64,000 nt of DNA from an uncultured Gammaproteobacteria bacterium (GTDB lineage: Bacteria > Patescibacteriota > Patescibacteriia > UBA9934): assembly GCA_964414795.1 (NCBI GenBank), contig CAYPWV010000002.1, forward strand, positions 5,057 through 69,056, written 5' to 3'. The notes beneath the pieces were generated by a model. It saw only the letters and a list, made by a program, of their open reading frames with translations, was not told where the DNA came from and searched no databases. Position 1 is the stretch's first letter; each line of letters begins with the position of its first letter. Shown one piece after another: positions 38,729 through 47,807 of this stretch. Position numbers and translations under genes: made by a program.

Positions 38729-38790
38729 GTCGTGACTAGGCACCCGGGACAGACGCGGTAGTGTGTGGGTATTAGGAGTAACCAAATCTT

Positions 38791-40122
38791 ATGTACGGAC
38801 AAAATACGAATAACGAAACGCAGGCTATACCAATCCGCTACTGCCTTTATGCAAGAAAATCGTCCGAGGACGATGAACGGCAAGCCTTATCGATTGAGAG
38901 TCAGGTTAAAGAGGTTATGGAATTAGCAGTGAGAGATGGATTGAGCGTTATAGAAGTTCGTCGAGAAAGTCACTCCGCAAAAAGCTCTGGGTCACGCCCA
39001 GAGTTTAATCGTTTAATAGGAGACATTCGTGAAAAGAAATTCGATGGAATCCTCACATGGGCAGCAGATCGTATCAGTCGTAACGCTGGTGATCTTGGTA
39101 CGGTCGTCGACTTGATGGATCAAGGCTTGCTTAAAGAAATCAGAACGCATGGACCCCGATTCACCAACTCACCAAGTGACAAGTTCATGCTCATGATGAT
39201 GTGCGGTCAAGCAAAGCTGGAAAACGATAACAAAGGCGTAAACGTGAAGCGAGGCTTCCGAGCGAAAGTAGAGATGGGCTACAGACCGAATATGTCACCG
39301 CTCGGCTATCTCCATGACAAATATGCAGAAAAGGGTGCCCGTAGAATTTTCATGGATCCCGAGCGTGGACCGATGGTTAAAGAGATCTTCCATAAGGTTG
39401 CATACGAAGGTTGGACGGGACGCAATATCCAGAACTATATGAAAGAAAAAAACTTCACCACGCGCAAAGGAAAAAATGTTTCGCTGAGTATGATCTATCG
39501 CATGATGGATAACCCTTTCTACACGGGTCGATACGAATTTCCGCAGAAGAGCGGTCAGTGGTATCAGGGAAAACATGAGCCGTTAATAACAAAAGATGTG
39601 TTCGAGCGGGTTCAGGAAGTCATGAAAGTAACAGGAACACGGGTACCGCCAGGAACACACGAATTCGGATTCACACGAATGTTTAAATGTGGAAACTGTA
39701 ATTCAGGAATCAGTGCTGAGGAAAAGAAGAAGCGTTTGAAGGACGGCACGATAAAGCGATACGTTTACTACGGATGCATGAAACGCTGGGTGACCGGCTG
39801 TAAGGAGCCGTACATTCGAGAAGAAGAGCTATTGAGCCAGCTTTGTAAAATCATTGAGAGCGTCGACATCGATGAACTCGCCGCTGTCGCGCGGATTAAA
39901 GAGGAAATAGATCGACTAACCAAGATGATCTCGAGTCTCGGTGGTCACATTGCAACCGCAAAAGTTGCCGAAATCATGCCAGACATCGACGTATATGCAT
40001 GTGCAAAATACATCCTTAAAGAAGGGACAAAAGAGGAAAAACGAGATTTACTGGGACACGTTCGAACTGAGCTAACAATCACTGGAGGAACTATCACCAA
40101 TCGTGCTAAGAGAAAGAAATGA
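38791..40122 (+). CDS. large serine recombinase, paralogous to 7059..8378
   Basis: 'YCLYARKSSEDDERQALSIESQ', 'GILTWAADRISRNAGD', 'CGNCNSG...YYGCMKR' Zn ribbon. Roughly half of residues identical to the first recombinase by eye. Confidence 0.85.
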   Translation: MYGQNTNNETQAIPIRYCLYARKSSEDDERQALSIESQVKEVMELAVRDGLSVIEVRRESHSAKSSGSRPEFNRLIGDIREKKFDGILTWAADRISRNAGDLGTVVDLMDQGLLKEIRTHGPRFTNSPSDKFMLMMMCGQAKLENDNKGVNVKRGFRAKVEMGYRPNMSPLGYLHDKYAEKGARRIFMDPERGPMVKEIFHKVAYEGWTGRNIQNYMKEKNFTTRKGKNVSLSMIYRMMDNPFYTGRYEFPQKSGQWYQGKHEPLITKDVFERVQEVMKVTGTRVPPGTHEFGFTRMFKCGNCNSGISAEEKKKRLKDGTIKRYVYYGCMKRWVTGCKEPYIREEELLSQLCKIIESVDIDELAAVARIKEEIDRLTKMISSLGGHIATAKVAEIMPDIDVYACAKYILKEGTKEEKRDLLGHVRTELTITGGTITNRAKRKK

Positions 40123-41205
40123 CCGTTGATGGAGATGCATCATGGCTCTAGGCGTAATGTTCCCAAGTACAAAACCAAATAGATGATCTGGTGAAATAAT
40201 TCTGTGCGGGAACCAAAAACTTTCTGGATCTTCGCAGGTAAGGCAAATGCTACCCGATCTTGAAACGTTAATTCTCAACTTTCCGTTCAAAAGTTTGTAA
40301 TCTACGTTATCGAAAGCGCCTCCACTTTTTACGGTGCTACCAGGATTTAGACCTGCTTTTTCTACAGACCAGTGAACCAACGAATCGACATTTATGGGTT
40401 TGTTAAGCACAAACTGAATTGAAAAGTATTGCCTACCGAAGCAAGTTAGGATCGAATTTAAATCCACTTTGCACGCTGGCTTATAGCGAATGCTGGTGAT
40501 GAAACTTTTGCACTTAACTCCGTTTTGCTGAGAATTTGGTTGACCCTTAGGTGATGTGTGCGTATCCACCGAAATCTGCGGTGCAGTGATCTTAGAAACG
40601 AATTCTTCTCTTTTCTCAACTATCTTTTTATCGTCAAAGCCGCTCTTTTTCAAGGCATCAACAACCAGATTGTTCAAATTAGCCAAAAAAGCTTTGGATG
40701 TTTGTAAAACTTCGTCCTCCATTTTATCTTCCGTGGGAATGTAGTCTCTGAATTCAATAATGGTTTCTTTTATCGCTGTACTAGTTCCTATACGCCAAAG
40801 GTATATGTCATCTGTAATCTCACCAGCAATACCAATCAGCAATTGCTGTTGAGTCGGGGTAATATCTCTGTTGTGTGCTAGCGCGTTGCGGAAATTTTCC
40901 GCTACAGAGAGATACTGCATCGTCTTTTCCCACTCTTTGAAAACTTCTTCAAATAAAGCCTTATGTTTTGCGAGAAGAGTTTTTAGATGCGAGAACTCGG
41001 AGTATGCCAATGGCAGATCATAAATAGCAACATCTCCTCTGGTTGATCTGTCGGATTTAGCTTTTTCTTGCAAAGCTCTATAGCCAGACCATTCCTCAAC
41101 CAGTCCAACATCTTTATTGTCAGTCCAAGAAACGCCAAACTTATCTGATAAAACATCGTGGATCAGATTCCGCAGTTCGTTTTCTATCATTTTAATTGGA
41201 TCCAT
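40072..41205 (-). CDS. HEPN-like domain protein (N-terminal Rx4H motif) with a C-terminal domain of unknown function, 377 aa
   Basis: 'ENFRNALAHNRDITP' (R-x4-H, Swt1/Abi-type HEPN signature). Confidence 0.5.
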   Translation of the reverse strand: MDPIKMIENELRNLIHDVLSDKFGVSWTDNKDVGLVEEWSGYRALQEKAKSDRSTRGDVAIYDLPLAYSEFSHLKTLLAKHKALFEEVFKEWEKTMQYLSVAENFRNALAHNRDITPTQQQLLIGIAGEITDDIYLWRIGTSTAIKETIIEFRDYIPTEDKMEDEVLQTSKAFLANLNNLVVDALKKSGFDDKKIVEKREEFVSKITAPQISVDTHTSPKGQPNSQQNGVKCKSFITSIRYKPACKVDLNSILTCFGRQYFSIQFVLNKPINVDSLVHWSVEKAGLNPGSTVKSGGAFDNVDYKLLNGKLRINVSRSGSICLTCEDPESFWFPHRIISPDHLFGFVLGNITPRAMMHLHQRSFLSLSTIGDSSSSDC

Positions 41206-41206
41206 A

Positions 41207-42775
41207 TTACTTTCCTATATCGACATTACCTTTTAAAAGGTTGCTGAAAAAGGCATTGTAAACACGATCAAGAAAATCTACTTTGTAGATATCTGTCTTT
41301 CCAGATACCTGATCGAGTATGGATTGAACAATGCTTTGATTCTTATTCTTTGAATGCTGGCAAATGAGCTCGAATTCCCAACAGCCAAAAACATAGAAAT
41401 CATTGGATGATTCCGTCATTCTTTCTTTCAGTTTTTCACGAGCGTACCTGTTAATCGAGAACATTTCATCTAAAAATACGATCAAGTTAACCACCTTCTG
41501 ACCCTTGTAAGGTATACCTTGGACTTTATCTTCTCGAAGATGTTTCTCCTTTTTTACGAGCTTATCCAATTCCTGCCCCAAATCATTCAATAGATTATCG
41601 ATGCCTGGCCCATTTTCTTGTTGGATACCTGCCTTGGAGTAGTTATCTATTTTCCGTTTCTTACATTCAATTTGAACAATAAATTCATCCGATATCAAAA
41701 GCCAGTCAGCACTCTTCCATAAATCCTTTCCCACACTATAAGTCGTTTCAGAGATGATTTTTGAGGATGATAGAGATTCGATCCCATAGTCTTTAATAAG
41801 TGCCCCGATGTAATCTTCAAAAACACTGCCGATGTCTCGATAGAGAATGGATTTATTTTCCTCATCAAGCCTATCAAGTAAAACGTAATATAGCCCTTCA
41901 AAGACTCCGAATAGGAAGTCTGCTTGGGATGGAATAATGTACTGTTCGTTTTTCTTTTCCAATTCCGTACGGATTACCGGGAATCGTCTGAGCGCATTAA
42001 ACTCGTATTTCTTTAACAATGAGTCAGTAAGTTCGTACTTCTTACTTTCATCCTGAAATTGTTTCTGCGTGACCGCAAATATGCCGAATAACTTCAGTAT
42101 ATTATTTTCCGTTAATAGCGGTTTTAACTGCTCAATGGAAGTATTTGTATAGCTATCCATTAAAAATGAATCCGCAAAACCTTCGCCAGCTCGGGGGCAG
42201 TAATTTGCGTATATACACGTACCTATCTTCATGGCATCGAAAAGCCCCATTCCTAAAGCGAGATTCAACTTTTCCCCTAAAATAGGATTTTTTTCAAAAA
42301 CTTTTGTAAAAATCCAATGATATCTTCCGATGATGCCGGAATAATGCCTGAGGTAATGCCATTGATGATAGGTTGACCTCAAAATCCAAAGCCACCCATC
42401 CTCTTTTAATGTTTCGCCTTTCAACTTTTGGATTCCATCCTCAAGATTTCCATACGAATAGATAAATTGAGTTAAGTCGAAGTCGTTAAATTGACGATCT
42501 TGCTTTTGGCAATTTAGAAGTATCCGCTTGGCAGCAAAAGCCAGAAAGTCCCTTGTGAGCATTCCGGTACGCAGTTTTACCTTTTCCGAAGAATAGAATT
42601 CAAATTCAAGATTGACATTCACCCAAACTTGATTGCCCATGAGGGCTCCGAGCTTTTGTAGCGACATCAGGGAGCCTACCAGATCAAAGTTTTTACTCAT
42701 TGCATCGAGGTCGTCAACGCTAAAATTTCTTGAGAATGAGATATCGGATGAGGTTTGAATCTTTATGTCTGACAT
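41207..42775 (-). CDS. hypothetical 522-aa protein with a possible PD-(D/E)xK nuclease motif
   Basis: 'SADWLLISDEFIVQIECKKRK' (D...E-x-K). No other recognisable family. Confidence 0.45.
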   Translation of the reverse strand: MSDIKIQTSSDISFSRNFSVDDLDAMSKNFDLVGSLMSLQKLGALMGNQVWVNVNLEFEFYSSEKVKLRTGMLTRDFLAFAAKRILLNCQKQDRQFNDFDLTQFIYSYGNLEDGIQKLKGETLKEDGWLWILRSTYHQWHYLRHYSGIIGRYHWIFTKVFEKNPILGEKLNLALGMGLFDAMKIGTCIYANYCPRAGEGFADSFLMDSYTNTSIEQLKPLLTENNILKLFGIFAVTQKQFQDESKKYELTDSLLKKYEFNALRRFPVIRTELEKKNEQYIIPSQADFLFGVFEGLYYVLLDRLDEENKSILYRDIGSVFEDYIGALIKDYGIESLSSSKIISETTYSVGKDLWKSADWLLISDEFIVQIECKKRKIDNYSKAGIQQENGPGIDNLLNDLGQELDKLVKKEKHLREDKVQGIPYKGQKVVNLIVFLDEMFSINRYAREKLKERMTESSNDFYVFGCWEFELICQHSKNKNQSIVQSILDQVSGKTDIYKVDFLDRVYNAFFSNLLKGNVDIGK

Positions 42776-42801
42776 AATTTATGTAATTTCCATCAGAAAA
42801 A

Positions 42802-43386
42802 TTATGCCAAATCAATATACTTCGAAATGAACCTTTGCTTCGCTCCCAGCAACAGTGCGTCCGTTGTCAAAATTTTGTCGTACTTGTAAATCTTTCCTCC
42901 ACTTTTGAATGCCTTCAAATAGTGATCGAGATAAATCTGGGGATTTAAAAGGGTTACTTCACCTTCCTTTCTCCAACCCTGTTTCATCGTAAAGTCATAA
43001 GAGAACTCATGACCTGCGGCATTTAGCCAACGGTGAGCCAAAACATTGCGCCATTCATGAATCTCGGTCGCAATCGAAGAAAACGTTGTGTCATGTGTAT
43101 CGCCATCGACAAAGTTCTCCAAAAATAAGCGATACCCCTGCGAGCCTTGTTTATCAAAAAACCCAAAGGCAATAGTTAAGGCAACAGAATGTACCCCTAA
43201 AATCATCAGAGCAGTTTGTGGATTTTTCGGATTAGCAAAAGTTGCTCCAATCTCATTGTTGAAATAATTGTGGATTGAGTTAATTAAGGTCTCTATAATT
43301 TCAACGGGGGCGCCATCTTCAAATCGCTTCAATCGCCTTTCTTTGGTTTCACCGAGGTGGGCATTATTTTTCATATCCGAACACAT
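42802..43386 (-). CDS. HEPN-like domain protein (194 aa)
   Basis: 'EIHEWRNVLAHRWLN' carries the same RN-x-LAH pattern as the 40072..41205 product. Confidence 0.45.
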   Translation of the reverse strand: MCSDMKNNAHLGETKERRLKRFEDGAPVEIIETLINSIHNYFNNEIGATFANPKNPQTALMILGVHSVALTIAFGFFDKQGSQGYRLFLENFVDGDTHDTTFSSIATEIHEWRNVLAHRWLNAAGHEFSYDFTMKQGWRKEGEVTLLNPQIYLDHYLKAFKSGGKIYKYDKILTTDALLLGAKQRFISKYIDLA

Positions 43387-43639
43387 CGTATCAAATTTGC
43401 GCTAATTCTGTGCTGGTAGGGGTTAGAGCCTATGCCTGGGGATCGAACCATCAACTTCATTCGGGAATATACTCAAAACAGTGCTTTCGTCCGGTTCCTC
43501 GTCCCAGCCCTATCATAAGCGTACACCTGGGTATCGAACTTTTTACCGAACCAGATAAACCAAGCGGGTAACAAAAAACCGCTACTTTCGTAGTGGTTTT
43601 TTGACTGAACGCATGTGGGACACCACACACGTTCACTCA

Positions 43640-43714
43640 TGGCTCCGGGGGAGGGGATCGAACCCTCGACCTGAGGATTAACAGTCCTTCGCTCTGCCGC
43701 TGAGCTACCCCGGA
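43640..43714 (-). tRNA. tRNA-Asn (anticodon GTT)
   Basis: Minus-strand sequence folds as a cloverleaf. Acceptor TCCGGGG/CCCCGGA (7 bp). D-arm GCTC..GAGC. Anticodon loop CTGTTAA. T-arm GAGGG-TTCGATC-CCCTC. Discriminator G and encoded CCA. Confidence 0.8.
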
Positions 43715-44231
43715 AGGGTCTTGTGTTTATACATTTACGGGGAAAGCTCCCTAGAAATATATTTCGGCATGTATTGTAACCGGGCCTAGGATAACAAATG
43801 TTGCATCGTGACGCAAGATAAAAATCGGGATAAAAAATTTCCCCCATAACTCCATTGCGGAGCGACGGGGGAAATTCTTATTTTGCAGCTGCAGTTTCAA
43901 GTTTGCGCATGCGGATTGCCTTGGCCTTGCGGCGCTTTGCAAATCCGTCTACACGTTCGATGGCAAAAGCAGCATTTTTGCCTTTGCGAGAGAGATGATG
44001 GCGGGAGGGCATAGGTGAGAGTTATCAAGTAATGAAGAGGTGAAGTTTGAAGTGGACTGGTGAGGCTAGAAGGCTGGGTAAAAGTTTATACCTAGCCCGC
44101 CTAGCCCAACTAGCCTTCTCGTTAATTTCGAAAAAATACTACCCTTTCTTACCATTCTGGTCAAATATTTGCCAAATTTTATGGGGAAAAGTCCTTGACG
44201 AATCAAAAAAACTCCGCCAAAACTGAGACAT

Positions 44232-45725
44232 ATGCATATTGCGGTTTCAAAAGGGCGTCTTTCTCAAAGCGGTGCGGAAGTATTGGTGGTACCGGTATTT
44301 TTTGGAAAAGGGCTCGCAAGCATCCCGGTTCTTGCTGCGGAATCGTTGCGCAGAGCAGAGCGTTTGGCAAAGATGCAGGAGTTTACGGGCAAGGCGGGGC
44401 AAGTGCTCGCACTCCCGGCTCCCGAGGGGCACGGTGCCGATACATTGTTGTGTATTGGTGTAGGCGAAAAACGTTCTGTAGGATTTTTAGATGCGGTGCG
44501 TGATATGGGAGGAACGGCCGTGCAAGTTGCACGCAAAATGGGATTGCGAACTATTGCCGTAGATTTTTCTGCAAAAGAATTAACTGCTGATGCCGTAGAA
44601 TCGTGCGTCACCGGTTTGATGCTTGCAAACTATGCGTTTGATGCCTACAAAAAACAAAACAGTGCAAAGTGTGTTGCAGAGGTAGATCTTTTGCTTGCTG
44701 ATAGCCGCATGACGCTTGCACTCCGTAAAGTGGTTGATCGCACGCTTGCGGTTATGGCGGGCGTGCACATTGCGCGCGATCTGGTAAACATCCCTGCGCA
44801 CGACATGACGCCCCAGCGCTTGGCGGAGGCGGCGCAAGAAATTGCAAAAGAATCCGGAGGAACCATTAAAGTGAAGGTGCTCGAACGTGCAGAGTGCGAA
44901 AAGTTTGGCATGGGTGCATATCTCGCCGTTGCACAGGGCGCCGATCGTGAACCAAAGTTCATCACACTTTCCTATACCTCACCTCGTGCGGCAAAGAAAA
45001 CGGTTGCTGTAGTAGGGAAGGGTGTTACGTTTGATTCGGGCGGCCTTTCGCTTAAGCCCGCAGACGGCATGATGACTATGAAGTGCGACATGGCAGGTGC
45101 TGCCGCAGTTATTGGTTTGTTTGCGATTTTGGGAAAGCTGCGTCCTCGTGTGCATATTAAAGGATACATTGCGGCAACAGAAAACATGCCGTCCGGCAAA
45201 GCTATTCGGCCAGGAGATATTGTGCGTTCGATGTCAGGAAAAACGATTGAAATTTTAAACACTGATGCCGAAGGTCGTTTAACGCTTGCCGATGCGATGA
45301 CGTACGCTTTGCGCGATAAACCGGATGCGATGGTTGATGTAGCGACGCTTACCGGCGCGTGCATGGTGGCGCTGGGTGAGGAAATTGCGGGATTGATGAG
45401 CAATGATCGAGTGCTTGCAAAAGAACTCTTGCGCAGTGCAAAAGATGCGAGCGAAAAATTGTGGGAGATGCCGCTTGAAGAACGCTATAAAGAATTGGTG
45501 CACAGCGATGTTGCAGATTTGCGCAATATCCCAACGTCGCGATACGGGGGAGCGCTTACGGCGGGATTGTTCTTGCAAGAATTTGTAGGAGAAATGCCTT
45601 GGGCGCATTTAGATATTGCAGGTCCTGCATTTGCCGAAAAGCCCATGGGCGTCTGTTTGCAAAAAGGCGCAACCGGCTACGGCGTGCGGACCTTGTGGAA
45701 ATGGGTAGAAGGAATGGGGAAGTAG
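44232..45725 (+). CDS. pepA: leucyl aminopeptidase (M17 family)
   Basis: 'NTDAEGRLTLADA' M17 signature. 'VGKGVTFDSGG'. Confidence 0.85.
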   Translation: MHIAVSKGRLSQSGAEVLVVPVFFGKGLASIPVLAAESLRRAERLAKMQEFTGKAGQVLALPAPEGHGADTLLCIGVGEKRSVGFLDAVRDMGGTAVQVARKMGLRTIAVDFSAKELTADAVESCVTGLMLANYAFDAYKKQNSAKCVAEVDLLLADSRMTLALRKVVDRTLAVMAGVHIARDLVNIPAHDMTPQRLAEAAQEIAKESGGTIKVKVLERAECEKFGMGAYLAVAQGADREPKFITLSYTSPRAAKKTVAVVGKGVTFDSGGLSLKPADGMMTMKCDMAGAAAVIGLFAILGKLRPRVHIKGYIAATENMPSGKAIRPGDIVRSMSGKTIEILNTDAEGRLTLADAMTYALRDKPDAMVDVATLTGACMVALGEEIAGLMSNDRVLAKELLRSAKDASEKLWEMPLEERYKELVHSDVADLRNIPTSRYGGALTAGLFLQEFVGEMPWAHLDIAGPAFAEKPMGVCLQKGATGYGVRTLWKWVEGMGK

Positions 45726-45843
45726 TGGTAGAGTAGTTGGAAAGATCCTGACGATAGGAAGGATCCATCGAACCAGTTTGTCACATTACTTCCCATTCAT
45801 TCTCTAGATCCTTCGCCGAGCTCAGGATCTTGTGATCTAAACT

Positions 45844-47109
45844 ATGACTCTTCAAAGAAAAAAATACCTCATCGTCGCTCTTGTCGCCCTTCTTCTCGGT
45901 GCGTTTTTTTACGCAGGGAAACAACTTCTTGCTGCTCGAGAGCTAGATCGGCTTAATGCGGCGCGTATTGATGGTGGATGGTACGCAGAGCCTTTTTCTT
46001 TTGAAGGAAAATCGTATCTCGTTCCTCCGAACGAAATCCACAGCTCGGGCATTGTCGAGGGTGATATTCCCGCACTTACCCATCCAAAAACCGTGAGTAT
46101 TGATGAAGCTGATGAAGTTATTGCGGATGACCTTGGCGGTATTGCGGTTGAAATAAATGGTGAGCATCGTTTTTATCCTGTGCAAATCATGAACTGGCAC
46201 GAGGTGGTTCACGACACGCTCGGCGGAAAATCCATTTTGGTGTACTACGGTCCGCTTACGGGTGCTGCGGCAGTGTACGAGCTTCCTACCGATGACATGC
46301 GTTTTGTGGTAAGTGGACAAGAATATAATAATGACGTTTTTTTAAAACAAGAAGGAACCGATACGCTCTGGTCAGGTATTCTTGGAAAACCTGTGGTAAG
46401 TACAAATGAAGACGCATTTTTCGGTTCTCTCGCTCTTCTTCCATCCGCTTTTATGACGTGGGGAGAATGGAAGATGGAGCGGATGGTGTCATCACTATAT
46501 CCAACGCCTGGTTCTGTTCTTTCAATCGACACTGGTTACGTTCGCGATTACACGCGTCATCCTTACGGCAATTACGAAAATTCTCCTGGCGTGTATTTCC
46601 CCGTTAATCATTCAACAATTCCTGTTCGTGCAAAAGAGCCTGCATATCTTGTGCAGCTTCCCGAAGGCGATGCGGTGTTTATTAATACCGTTTCTTTGCT
46701 TGACTCCACGCCAAGCGTACAAGTGGGAGATGCGTGTGCAGTAGGGCTCAGAGTACATGCAGCAACATATACGCAAATATTCAACTGCACGTTGAATGGT
46801 CAAATGCTTACATTATCGCGCAAAGATGCAAATACGTTTACTGATGCGGAAACGGGATCGTTGTGGATGGCTGACGGATTGGCATTTGAGGGAGTGCTTG
46901 CAGGTTCTCAACTCGAAGCTCTTCCTGCAGTTCGCTTGTACACCTTTGCCGCGGATGCACTTTCCCCCAAAGCAACACTCATGGGTTCAGAATTTATTTT
47001 TGACGAAAAGAAATCCGCAAACGAAACGACGATTGATCCTTCAACAGGTACATCCATAGAAGGTGAAAATACCAGCGGTGCAACGATTGAAGTTTTGCCA
47101 AATGAATAG
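45844..47109 (+). CDS. DUF3179 domain membrane-anchored protein
   Basis: 'FYPVQIMNWHEVVHDTLGGKSILVYYGPLTG' matches the DUF3179 core. N-terminal TM. Confidence 0.55.
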   Translation: MTLQRKKYLIVALVALLLGAFFYAGKQLLAARELDRLNAARIDGGWYAEPFSFEGKSYLVPPNEIHSSGIVEGDIPALTHPKTVSIDEADEVIADDLGGIAVEINGEHRFYPVQIMNWHEVVHDTLGGKSILVYYGPLTGAAAVYELPTDDMRFVVSGQEYNNDVFLKQEGTDTLWSGILGKPVVSTNEDAFFGSLALLPSAFMTWGEWKMERMVSSLYPTPGSVLSIDTGYVRDYTRHPYGNYENSPGVYFPVNHSTIPVRAKEPAYLVQLPEGDAVFINTVSLLDSTPSVQVGDACAVGLRVHAATYTQIFNCTLNGQMLTLSRKDANTFTDAETGSLWMADGLAFEGVLAGSQLEALPAVRLYTFAADALSPKATLMGSEFIFDEKKSANETTIDPSTGTSIEGENTSGATIEVLPNE

Positions 47110-47773
47110 TGTGCTGTACATCGTTGCAACACCTATTGGCAATCGTGGTGACATCACGGAGCGAGCGAAAGAAACGCTCGCTTCTGTTGATGTGGTGCTG
47201 TGCGAAGATACACGGGTAACGGCAAAGCTCTGCAGCATGCTCGCCATTACGCCTACGCTGCACACCTTTCACGAACATACCGACGATTACAAGCGCAGTC
47301 TCATTGTCGCCGATCTTGTCGCCGGAAAAAACATGGCGCTGGTAACGGATGCGGGAACGCCGGGCATTTCCGATCCAGGAGGTATGCTTGTTGCAGATGC
47401 ACTTGCCGCAGGCGTGCAAGTAATTCCTATTCCGGGAGTTTCCGCAGTTGCTACAGCGCTTTCAGTATGTGGTTTTCCTACGGCACGTTTTACCTTTGTA
47501 GGATTTCCTCCGCAAAAAAAAGGACGCGAAACATTTTTTAAAGAATTAGGCGACATCGCACACATCATCGTGCTCTACGAAGCAACGCATCGCATTGAAA
47601 AAGCAATCGAATCACTTGCTGCGCTCGATCGAAAGCTCTGCGTGTGTCGCGAACTTACCAAGCTCCACGAAACCATCTACCGCGGCACTGCATCAGAAAT
47701 TCTTGCGCAGTTTGCAAAAACAAGTACCAAAGGAGAGTTTGTTATTGTTGTTGCGCCCAAAACGAGAATGTAA
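47102..47773 (+). CDS. rsmI: 16S rRNA (cytidine1402-2'-O)-methyltransferase
   Basis: 'LYIVATPIGNRGDIT', 'DAGTPGISDPG', 'IPGVSA' tetrapyrrole-methylase-fold RsmI motifs. Start at the internal ATG 47102. Confidence 0.85.
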   Translation: MNSVLYIVATPIGNRGDITERAKETLASVDVVLCEDTRVTAKLCSMLAITPTLHTFHEHTDDYKRSLIVADLVAGKNMALVTDAGTPGISDPGGMLVADALAAGVQVIPIPGVSAVATALSVCGFPTARFTFVGFPPQKKGRETFFKELGDIAHIIVLYEATHRIEKAIESLAALDRKLCVCRELTKLHETIYRGTASEILAQFAKTSTKGEFVIVVAPKTRM

Positions 47774-47807
47774 ACTTTGATGTCACAAATTGTGATACCC
47801 AGAACAT

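Noticed and set aside
43425-43500. Possible second tRNA gene, suggested by 'ggggatcgaacc' identical to the tRNA-Asn T-arm
   Set aside because: The reverse complement does not give a pairable T-stem (GATGG versus CCCAG) or acceptor stem. Only the 12-mer matches.
43473-43847. ORF-track CDS (124 aa, minus) spanning the tRNA-Asn region
   Set aside because: It overlaps a well-folding tRNA gene and has low-complexity translation. It is most likely a spurious ORF.
44239-45608. Multiple overlapping ORFs on both strands within pepA (for example 44264..44611 -, 44972..45403 -)
   Set aside because: pepA is supported by the M17 signature 'NTDAEGRL'. The others are shadow ORFs.
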